Source: Takakia lepidozioides (taxonomy: Eukaryota; Plantae; Bryophyta). Taken from it: a DNA stretch of 64,000 nt. Position 1 is the stretch's first letter. Each line of letters starts with the position of its first letter. The notes beneath the pieces are model-generated. The model saw only the letters and a list, made by a program, of their open reading frames with translations, was not told the DNA's origin and did no database searches. The DNA lies in assembly GCA_030704615.1 (NCBI GenBank), contig CM060731.1, positions 65,906,001 to 65,970,000 of the forward strand, read 5' to 3'. Below are positions 12,962-24,900 of this stretch, piece by piece. The position numbers were made by a program, and so were the translations under genes.

Positions 12962-15900
12962 ATGGGCGATGAAAGTGTGAGAAGAAGCGTGGTTTTCGCT
13001 GTGCCTGATGACAACTACGGCAGCTCTTGCACTGGGGCATACCCTCTGGGAGGCCCAGGATTAGACCCGTGCAACACTTTCACCAAGAGAGACAATGACA
13101 GTGAGAGCGCCTGGCTCATGAGCGCAACACCGTCTATAGCTGACAGTCGAACTGAGCTGGCCTTTACTTCTAGTCCCCGAAAGCAACAGAGCTACTTGCC
13201 TTTCGGCTTTCTGTTCCAACAAGATCTACCTGCAATTACCACGACAGTCGAGAATGCAATAGCAATGGCGCAGGTGGCTGCAGCAGCAGCAACAACACCA
13301 GGTCATAGCCTGATGGCACGAGCACGCCGCCATTCGTACTCGTTGCAAGGTATGTACAAAAAAACCAAGGGATCCGCTCTGCGGCCGATGAAGTATCCTA
13401 CCATTGTGTCCTCCCTGAGGAGTCAGCCTGAGCACTCGGGTGCAGTGTGGAGGGGCGTAGAGAAAGCATCCAGATCACACCAAAGGATCGTATTCACAGG
13501 ATTGGGGTCGAAAGAGCGAGATGCATTGTATGGAATCAACGTAAGAAGGCGGAAGGCAAGTGACAGAACCATGAATGCCAGAGGTAAGGAGAATCGCCAC
13601 GTTCGCAGGCGGCGGAAGAGTGAAGGTATGTTTTCCTTCGCCATTGCTGCGAAGCACCGCGGGGTTGCACCAGAAAGGTGGGATCTCAGCATGACATTAG
13701 GGTTGCTCATGGTGGGTGGGGTGATGGATCTGGGTGAGCGAATGGTGCCGGTCCTCGCTCATTCGTTGTGTTACTGCCCTGGTGGAGCATGGCGCTGGTG
13801 TGTCTGTCTTGTGGTGGGCTATGATCCCGTTACTGGCATGTATCGGGCTGTGGAGAGCGAACAGGATGGGTGTGAGCACCACGGTTGCTTGTACTTCGGA
13901 GCTGTTGCTCAAAGAGAAGGCGCAAACTGGATCAGTAGGCGAGATACGGAGAATAATACGCGCAGAGGAAAGCTTGGTAGAGACAGTTTGGATTCCGACA
14001 CACAGTGTATTAGAGAATCAACTGAAAATGTTCAATTTCATCGGTTAATTGCTCGACTCAATTTGCGGTTCCTTCCACAGGTGGATCTCTTTGATGCCAA
14101 GTCTCTGTGAGCTTTACTACACTTTGGAACATGAAGAAGATTTCACCACCTCACTGGCACATTCATTCTCATCTTGTCTTTGCTGACAAGTAATCCATAT
14201 GTATCTGTATTATGTATCCATATGTATCTGTATTGAGATTTCTTAGCCCAAAATTAAACATTGGCTTTCCCAGTGACCAGGGAGAGGAATCTGACAAGCA
14301 ATTGTTCTGTTTGACGTCAAAAACTGTGGCTACTACACTGTTTGTCGAACCATGACTGGGTAGGTTTCCTAGCTCTACAAGTGAATGTGGAAATCACTGG
14401 TGTAGGCGTCAGGGACATCGATTGCGAGCATGGAAGAGCAGTGGGCACTAAATTCAACCATGCCCTTCCCTAGCTCACAAGGGAGTAATATACATCATGC
14501 CAAACCGACACTTAATCCTATCCATGAAGAAGACGGCAAGATTTTTCATTCTGGGTCACTGGTGCAATCCACTGCAAGTAGTGTCCAAGGGACTGCACGG
14601 AAACTACACTCTAGTATCAACTCCAAGATCAAACGTCTTCACCTGCATGGAATAGAAGCACGGCTTGGAATTACATCAATCACCACTTGCAATGGCATAC
14701 CACTTTCCCACAAGAGAGTTATGGCTACCGTGGCAAGAGGCAGCAATGCATTGCTGCCCAATGATGACTCCATTAGTGTCGTTGCAGAGAGTGCCCGCTC
14801 TCTGTGCTCCAAAAACAACTGGAGGAAACAGGAAGGAGAGTACGAAGGACGTAATGTGATATATGATGTATATCCGCTTATCTCAGAGCTAGCTACAGAG
14901 TTTTTTCATGCTGCTCAACTCTTCAATATGGATGCAAGTTTCTTGCCTATAGCTGGTAAGTGTTTCTTCCTTACTTTTTTTTGCCCCCTCTCTATCTCTA
15001 GCATCTCTCAAGTGAGCCTGGGGAAACCAGCCCTTTTTAGTCTTAGGCCATGAGGCTACATCCATATAGCTAAGAGCCTAGAAGTTCAGTCACAACTTAC
15101 TGCAGCACACCATGTAGCCAGGATATAAACACAGGATCACCTGGGTTAGCACTTGATGCTATACCCGGTTAGGCCCTAAGCACCATTATTACTTGAGGCA
15201 AACTTGAGAATTGAGAAAAATATTTCATGTAGGTTAATCCCACCTGGTTACTTTCAGGCTCCAAATTGAGGTCTTTATGTATTCAAGTCTCATATTTTGA
15301 GTAACTTTGAAAGCCTGAATTTAAAATGAAATTTGAGGTTTCAGTTGGGGTTTTGTGGGAAGGGGTTGTATGCATGTCAAAAGGGCCAAGGCCTGTGAGC
15401 TGTGTACAGTATGATTTTGCAACACACAGTGCAAGTTTGGCAGCCTCGGCGGCAATCTTACGGCCGGGCCTACAAGCAGCAATGCTCAGTGTGGTTGAGG
15501 CGGCTAAAGTGGTGGAAAATACCACCTTCCTTAATTGCTCTATGCGATGTGTTACTATCAATAGAGCTGCATTTTTCCAGGTAATCTCCAACGTTGAGGC
15601 TCTTGATATGAATATAGAAGGGTTCTGTGGAAGGTTTGATGTTCTCACATTGTTCAAATTTTCAGAATCACATTTAACATCTGCCCAGTCAATACTCCGT
15701 CATCGAGGTACATGTTTCAGATGCCATTCTTTTGACATCTGGAGTAAATTGTTCTATCAAACCCTTTTGCAGAATGTGACTGTTTGTTCCTCTTCTAACT
15801 TGGTCCATAAACTATGACACTATTTGTTTAAGGTGTTGCCAGACTGGGAAAGAGCAAGTGAATGGATTGGTTGTGCAAAGGGTAATTATACAATGTAGAT

Positions 15901-18900
15901 TTCTTTTCAGTATATTGATCAATTTCTGAACTGTTCATTGACTGTTGCTCATAATGTTTTTAGGCGGATGACATTCAAGAGAGCACTGAGAACATACGAC
16001 AAATTGTTCTCGGCGATGCTACGACGATCTTGAACATGGCATGTAATTATACAATGTAGATTTCTTTTCAAAATATGATCAATTTCTAAACTGTTCATTG
16101 ACTATTGCTCATAATGTTTTTAGGCGGATGAAATTCAAGAGAGCACTGAGAACATACGACAAATTGTTCTCGCCGATGCTACGGCGATCTTGAACATGGC
16201 ATTTATCAATTCTAAGGTAAGATGTACGATAATTTCTTAGTTCTGTTCATATTTTCCATCATCATTTCTTAAGCAAATAATTCAATTACCATGAATCGTT
16301 TTGGTGTTCTAGACATGCAACTTCTTTGTCAACAGTGAGGTCAAGATCCAGAAACTAAAATTAGACTGGAAAACACCTAGGGGCGAGAAATATGTCTTCA
16401 TACTTGGTGCATCCTGTCGTCGATGTAGGACTTTATGGGCATGGAGACTGAAACAGAGTTATACTCCCGAGTTGCAAGGTGATGCACCACATGAAAAAAA
16501 TCTGTGCGTCCCATCTCTTTCTTTTATGCTTATTTTCATGTTGCATTCAAGTTTCACCTACATAAGTGGATATGTGCGAGTTAATAAAAATAATATATTG
16601 CGTTAAGCTAATAGACAGAATATACAATTCAAATTCAACATAGTGTTTAAATGGGTCCACTGTTTACGGCACACATATGTCTTTCGAAGGCACGTAGGTG
16701 TGTCCCATCTTGGCTAACCTAGTTATCAAAGTGGGGTCACTAGATAACTGGGGCTTTTGATGGTTAGCAACCATTTTGCCCCCTGCAAGAAGGTGCCCAA
16801 TTTCTGTTAGGAAGGCAATAACCCTGAGACACCCTATTTAACTGCAACTTCAGCAAGAGTCCAAATTAAAAAAAAACCCCCCAGAACCACCATCATCTAT
16901 GTTCCTAAGATGTCTGTTTTGGCAGACACAGTCAGTCTGACACATGTTTGTGGGTGGCTATTTGCAAATCTTGAACATTAAAGTTCGATGATTTACTGCA
17001 TGTTTACGTAAACCAACACACTTTCACACTGGACATGTACACACAGGTATACAAGCATTAGAGTCTAGTGTAATTTGCAGGTAACACAATATATGATAAT
17101 AATACACATTTTCGATTGTAGAAATGTCCAGATGGGCAAACAATATTCTTGAAGCTGCACTTGCTGAGGCTCTAAGAAGAACATTAGATGCATATGCTAC
17201 ACAGTTCGATGAGAAGTGTAGTGTTTCAGGGCTGGATAGAGCATATCGGCAGCAGAAGCCATTATTTGTTCTTCATATGCGCTTCAATATTACCAGATTG
17301 GAGTCTGAAACTCCCCTGTCAAAGCTTGAGATCTTCTCAGGGACATTGGTAAGGTTTCATCTTCTCCCTAACACCTTCAATACCTCAAGACTGGACAACA
17401 TTATCATGTTCATGATGTGAAATTTTGTTGGTTATTTTCTCAACGAGGCTTTGACCAAATTGTAATCGAGATGTAAATTCAATTTTAGACTGTAGAGAAG
17501 ATGGAGAATCGTTATGATTAACCAAAATACAATGTTGTGGTGCAGCTAGATGATGTCTTTGAGGCTCTGGTGATGCTACCTTTCATGGACAGTGCCAATG
17601 AATTGCTTCAAAGTAAGGTAAAAGTTGAGACCATCCTTCCTTATGAGAAGAAATGCATGGTTCTTGTCAAAATTTTGGGGTATACTCCATGATTGATTGA
17701 ATGAGGCACCCAATCTGTGTCGAAACTGCATGAAGGGATAACCACAGAAACTAGCTGCTTCAAAGCGAAAGTGACGAGTAAAATGCCCCAGATATTTTGA
17801 ATCCCACATTTTATTCAGGAAATGGTACCTACAATGACATGGACCCTGTGGTTGAGGGAGAGTGGCTGACGAGGTAGTGATGCATCAGTCGAATTTAACC
17901 ATTTGCTGTACGTTGTCTGTGCACAAACTGCATACTTCTGTGATGAATTTTGTTATGGAGGGTGGTGGGCCTGGAAGAAGGGAGGAATATGACACTAAAC
18001 ATGGAAATGGCATCTTGCAGGCTCGTCGAGCCCTCTATGCCACTGCAGATGAGACTTTGCCAGTGTGCCGCTCTCGTGTCCGCTGTGTACTCTCCCTTGG
18101 TATGAAGGCAGTAGAAGCCATGCAAAATCAACTCTCTGTGCGTTGGACAGACTTTTTGATCTCTAAAGATGAATTTGAAGCCAAAGTAGGGGAGGTTCTG
18201 TCTTTGATTGAAGAAAGCGGAGAACAGGGGAGCCAAGATCATAGCCCTGATTCAAGTGGGGGTCTATTAGGCAAACGTACAGGGAGTGAGAATGCTGGCT
18301 TTGGTCCCAAGGAATCCTGGGAATTATGTGCCCATCGCCTCAAAGATTTTGTGGGTGCTGTAATGGCAATGCTAACTATGGAAAGGAATCTGGAGTCAGC
18401 ACTAAGAATGGCAGATAGAAGCATTGTAGGCTCTATATTTTTATTGAAATGTGAGGACCCCTTGGCAGCAACGAGGCAGATGGCCCTCACAAGCAAGAAG
18501 AAGACCAGCCATGTCCTACGAGCTTTGTTCGGGTCATTAACTGACCAACTTAATCGCCAACTAGACACTGATGAGAGCATAATAGCTACTCCTTTGCCAG
18601 GAGTGAGTCCAGAGATGTTTGTTCAAGTGGAAAGAGTCGTGAAAAGCTACCTGAGTGAGCAGACACATGTTGAGGAAAAACTGGGTGCCCTACAGGCATG
18701 CTATGGTGCGTCGGAGAGCCTTTGTATGGAGCACTCTGATGATGAATTTCATGCGTATTGGTCTGTGCATGCCCGCCTGAAGAAACTGCTCCTGAGTATT
18801 CACTCAACTGTGCAGCAGTGTCTGGTGGAAGCTAAGCCTATTGTTGTGGCTGGTGTCCGTGCCGAACAGGTTCTTGCTCACTGAAGTTTCACGTGCCAGT

Positions 18901-21900
18901 ATTTGGTACAGTTCTAGTTTCATTTTCTTGCAGCTAGTGATCCTACCTACCCACATGTGTGAGCCTTTATAGACAACTTTCAGAAGTCATTTTTTAATCT
19001 GAAAAGGTGACCGGCTCTCTTGTTCTCTATAGACTGGTCCAAATGGACTGGAATAGATAGTCCATTTTTGCTCCTACATTGGAAGTATGTGAACTTTTAT
19101 GTCTACCTGAGGTCATTCGGAGATCTTTCAAGTCAATGGAGTGAGGCATGTGATATCCCGTCACACGTATGCCACAAACAGTCATCATTGCTTCACTTCA
19201 GACTGAACAGTACATATTGTTAATGTGCAAGATTTGGTGCCATTTGCATAGATGTGCTCATATTTACAGTGTAGAGCTCTGCAGGCAGCTCTTTTGTTGA
19301 CTGCTACAACAGCTTCTGCATGCATCTTGGAGTACAAGTCCTTTAAGGAACTAGACGCGACTTTTGAGTATGAACGCCAGATTCAAGCAGCACTGGAGAA
19401 CTTGCAGACCAGAAGCGACCAGATCCAAATGCTACGTGCGAAGGAAGTGCTGCTAGCTATTCCTGAAGAGGATGAGTGTGCTGCTGTGATTGGACCTGCT
19501 GTACGTGAGCTAGAATGCCTAGCCTTACTGTGGACGACAGCTGCCGACTGGCTTCGGACCAACCACAGCTGGCACTCCCTGCGGTTCAAGAAGCTGAATG
19601 TGGACCACATGTACTCCCTGGTAAGAAATTTCTTCTTCAAACATGTATGGGGAGTCTCTGACTGCATCCATACTTTTACTCTAACCAACATCAGTGAGTC
19701 CTCAATCATTCATTAAAATGTTCAGGTCCTTGATTAAATTCTTACAGTTGTGTTACCTTAGAAAACTAAAGTTACATCTGCATCTGAACCGCTCCTTCCA
19801 AATTGTGTACTTCTCAACAGAAGGTTGGAAGATGTGAGCTGAACTGGGCACCGGGCAATTTGTCTCGTATATCAGGTTCAAGCATTTGAGGAGAGAGTGG
19901 AGCACATTTATGCTGAGACAATCTCGTTTGCAAGTCAAGAAGCACTTGATTCTGTTGCCTATCAGGTTGAATGATGATTAGCTCTCACTTCTAAGCTGTT
20001 TTTAAGTTCTCCATGCCATCTCTTGGTCTTTGTCCCTGTTCCTTTGGATACAAGTACAATCAGGCCGGCTTGTCATTCCTGTGGATACCTCTGACTGAGC
20101 TGATAAATTGAGAGGAGATCATGCACAGACAGGACAGGGAATACACTTCCAGTATGTGTAGCAGTTAAATGTGCATACTAATGTGCAACTGACCCAACAT
20201 CATAGCACTCCTTGAGAAGAGCAAAATAGCTCGGGTTTCAATATTTTACATCTGGTAGTGAGCTAATTGGAGGGAGTCAAAGGAAAGAGGGATGGGAGGG
20301 GAAAGAGGAGCTGCAGTTTAGGTTTTTCGTAAGCGCAAATGAGATCATTTACTAAGGCTGAACTTACATGTGACTGTAGGTGAACAAAATGTTGAAGAGG
20401 ATGCCAATCGTTCTCAGGCTCTGCCACCCTGCTGTCCGCAGACTTCACTGGATGGAGCTGGCTGCAGAGACAGGACACATGGGTTTCCAAAACGGTAACG
20501 AGGAATCAACACTGTCAGATGTGTTCGATTTGCCTCTCATCGAACATCAGCAGGTCATTATGACAATTCTAGAGCGAGTGTCGGAGGAGTATAACCAGGA
20601 AGTGAGTCCTACTCTCCCATGCTTTTCAGTTGTGGGTTTTGCATTGAATGTTGGTCATTGGGTGACCAAGACTCTCTTTTAATTTTCTAGATGCTCATGT
20701 TCTTACATTCCTCTCCTCATTCACATAGCTTGTCCATGACATGAGCTACAATTGGAGTTAGAACTTATTGTGACGACAGAGCCAACTATGAAACCAGGTG
20801 TGTCTCGAAAAGATGGAGGAAGAGATGAGAAAGGCAATGTTGGAGCTAGGTCCACAACACAGTGATGGCACACAGGCACTACAAGGTAGTGAACATGTCT
20901 TGGAGCTTCTGGATGACCAGCTGGTTGCTGCTGGCTCAATGCTTCATAGTCCATACGCTAAAGCTCTGGAGGGCACTGTGCGATCCTGGCGGGACAAGTT
21001 ACATTGTCTTCTGCATCTGCTTGAGGGCCTCCTAAACTTTCAGAACTGGCATCAGGTTAGTTGATGCTCGACGTACAGTATGAAGTTATCCACAGCTTAA
21101 GTCACAGAGAATTGGAAAGTATTTAACTGTATCATACAAGTCAAACTTAATGAAATATGTCACATCGAATGTTGCAACTTGTATATATTGACAGGAGGAT
21201 GGTCCATGATGAGACTGATATAAATGGATAAAACTCGAGCTTGTTTCACAGAATTTTCATTATGTAGATGCAGATGGCTTGTTGCCATTGTACTTAGTGA
21301 GATCCTGCACATTGCTTGCCACAAGGCCAATCTGAAGAAGAATTAGCCGGAGAGATGCATCGTCATCCTACGCCTGGCCTCAATCAGGCCCTGGAGCCTG
21401 AGATTCCCAACCTTAGCCGCGACATTGAAATGCTGAAACTTTGGACATCCATTGTGCAACCTGTGCCGCAGTTGTGCTTTCCATCTTCCCTCACACCATC
21501 TGTGTTGGGGGTGGCTGTACACGTTGTACTGTCTTGAAATGAAACACCTCTACAGTGTACACCCAAAAAGGATGATGGTGAGAGTCTTCATTAAACACAC
21601 TGAATAAGAAATCCTGAGAAGTTCATGCTAGGTCATCCTATGAGTTGGAGTTTGATTAGCCGGCCTCCAAAAGATGGTCTTTTCTTGTTTGTATGGATGG
21701 AGATAATCTGAGGGAGCATTCATAATTCTGGAGTTGGTCACAAACAGATTCTGAAGCCGATATTTTTGTCAGCCAACATCCAGCAACAGCTGAAAGAGGA
21801 GGCCTTTAGGTTTGCGAAAGTGGATAATATTTGGAATAGGCTACTGGACCTTGTGGCTGGGAGAGGCTTGTTCATGTATCTGTGTGAGTCCAGCCTTGTT

Positions 21901-24900
21901 TTGGAAGATGCACCCCATTGCATTCGCACTATGGAGGGTATCATGTGCAGCCTAGTTGCCCTTCTAGAGAAGAAACGCACCACCTTCCCCCGTTTCTACT
22001 TCCTCTCCAATGACGAGCTTCTTCAGGTAGCTACCTACATATTTGTATATTTGCAACTTGTCCAACGGCCTAATTTAGTTCAAATACAACAATAAAATAA
22101 CATCGGATCATGGTAGAGACATTTGATGTACAAAGGATTGTGCATGCTTAAGTGCTACAAACTTCTGTAGGTCGTTACATTCTTTTGAGGAAACACTTCT
22201 TACCCAGAAGATGCATGTTCTAGGGTGGGGCGGGCCATTGGCCTCAGGAAAACACAGCATGCTTGAGGGCAGCTCAATTTCATGAGTAAATAAACCAGCC
22301 TTCTTATCCTTACCTTGCAAGCACCTGCCCACTGGATTAGTGATGCACTGGGCTCCACAATTTGCGATTAGGAGCATACTTTATTCCCGTGGGTGAACTA
22401 CGATGAATTGTGGATATGGGGTTGATCATGATATTAATGCTGAAAAACTGCCACTGTTGCATATTTGTCTGAGTTTGCATCCTAATTCAATCATGTATGC
22501 ATTTCAATGTCTTATCGATGATCAACTGACATCCTTGTTGAGCATCATGTGGCATGGTCTGCAGGTGCTGTCGAATGAGCGCAAACCAAGTGAATTACAG
22601 TACCACCTTTGTAAATGTTTTGGTGATCTTCATCACATCGACTTTTCGGAAGATGGGGAAGTGACATCTGTGTGGATCCGACAAGCAGAGCAGTTGCCCT
22701 TCCTGGTGGGTGTGTCAACTGTAAACAGGGCTGTTGAGGAGTGGATGGCAGCTATGGAAAAGGAGATGAAACTTCAAGTGAGAGGAGCCATTCTCCGAGA
22801 AGTTCTGGAGCATGTATCACCATCAAGTCATCCCCTTTCAGGCCATGTAGAGATTTCGGAAACCTTGACAGACTCAGACAGCATGAAAGCCAGAGCCAAG
22901 GTAGTAGGCCTAGGCAGCTCACTAGAAATTGACAAGAAATGGTCTCCAAAGCTTCTGTTCAAGGTGAAACAAGATACAGAGGAGAGTGTAAGCTGCCAAG
23001 TGATTGCAGTTGCAACTCAGGTTGTTTTTTGCAATCGAGTTGAAGATGCACTCTCAGGAGAGCGAAAACCTACGAGGAAATTGCAAGCAGATTTCTGTCA
23101 GTTGGAGATAGAGTTTGAGGAATTGTTGCAAGCATTGAAGGCATGCACAGTACCAGAAAAACAGGGCTGTTTAAAGAATCTTCTTGTAATGGTGGTGTAC
23201 TTTCGTGACATTATGAGCAAGCTCTTGAGGGACCCGCACATAAAGCTGGAATCCTTCGATTGGCAGCGCCAGTTTCGATACTACTACCACATGAATGGAG
23301 AGTGCCATGTTCGCTCATTGAGGGTGGAGCACCCCTATGGTTTTGATCTCATTGACCATCATACTCGATTGGTGATGACTCCTCTTACAGAAAGATGCTT
23401 CATTGGTCTCATGCATGCCTTTTCACTACGGCTAGGAGGGGCAGTCAGTGGGCCAGCTGGAGCAGGCAAGACAGAGACAATCAAGGACCTCGCAAAAGCT
23501 TTAGGAAAGCATTGTGTTGTCATGACCTGTTCAGAGGAGCTTGATTATGGCGCTGTTGGCAACATCCTCAAGGTGCAATGTTTTTAATTGGATGGCCGTC
23601 CGATACTGTAGTCATATATGACACTGCTTTGACAGCAGATTTGCAAACATCACTCTCCTCTTCTCCTCTTCTCCTGTCCCAAGGACATTTGCGGATGTTA
23701 TAAAGTACCATTTCATTTCATTTCATTTCATTTCTCAGTGGGAGATTTGACTGTCTATTCCATGAAACCCAATCTCTCACAGGAGTCTTCCATTATGAGG
23801 GATCAGAAATGCTTGTACCTGCATGAAGCTTTGACCCTTAGGCAATCCCTTGATGGTTGCTTTTGGGCTGCTTCTGGCTTCCTCTTTCTGTTTTTCTCTC
23901 TCTTTCTTTGTTTCTTGCTTTTCTTTTGGCCCATAAGCTCTTTGAGCTTTCTGCGGACGTTAAACAGTACCATTTCATTTCATTTCATTTCATTTCATTC
24001 TTTCTGCATGAAGCGTTGACTAATAGACAATCCCTTGAGTATAGTTGCTGGGTTGCTTGTGGCTCCTCTATCTTTCTTGTTTATTTCTTCCTCTTGTCAA
24101 ATCAGCTTTTTGAGCTTCTCATGGACATGATAAAGGACCAGTTCATTTCCCTCTCTTCTCAGGGCATCGGGAAGGTAGCCTCCCACAGTCTGCGGATAGA
24201 GACTGGTAGGTGGGACAACCTGCAGCAAGCTGACAAGTTGTGCCCCGCTTGCGCTAGAGATGACAGTAGGGAATCTGAAACTGAAGAACATTTCTTCTTT
24301 CACTGTCCTTTCTACTATGAAATCCTGGGGGCATGAAATTATATATTCTCAGACACCCAATCCCTCACAGAGGTGATCCACTATGAGGATCAGAAATACC
24401 TTCCAACATATCTGCACGAGGTGTTAAATCTTTGACAATCCCTTGATTAATAGTTGTTTTCGGGCTGCTTGTTGGGGGCCCCACTCTCTTGTCCTCTGTT
24501 CTTTGAGCTTCCCGTGGACATTATAAAGTATTAATTCATTTCTTTCTCATGAGTCCGTGGGCTTTCAATTTTCTTTGGGTGGTACCCCTCTGTGGACTTT
24601 ATATTCCTACAAATATTCTGTCTTGCATTCTTCATTTTTGTTTTGTTTTCCCCTCTACTACGAACAAGGCGTCACTACTTCTGTCCTTTCAGGGGCAGCC
24701 ACTCTTGGGGAGAAGTTTTCCATCATGAAGTCAGAGGTGCCTTGTGACGTATTGACAGGAGTCTGTCTGAATTAGAGAAATACTCGAGGTTGAATTGTAG
24801 TTTCATGGTACGGTTGGTAGTTTTATTCTGTCTTCTCTCATCTTCTGTTCCATAAACCCCTTGTCATAAAGGTTCCTCTTTTTGTAAAACTTTCTCACCC

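Noticed and set aside
23700-24000. (CATTT)n runs as satellite, telomeric or CRISPR-like repeats
   Set aside because: They consistently follow the LINE 3'UTR and are retrotransposon tails.
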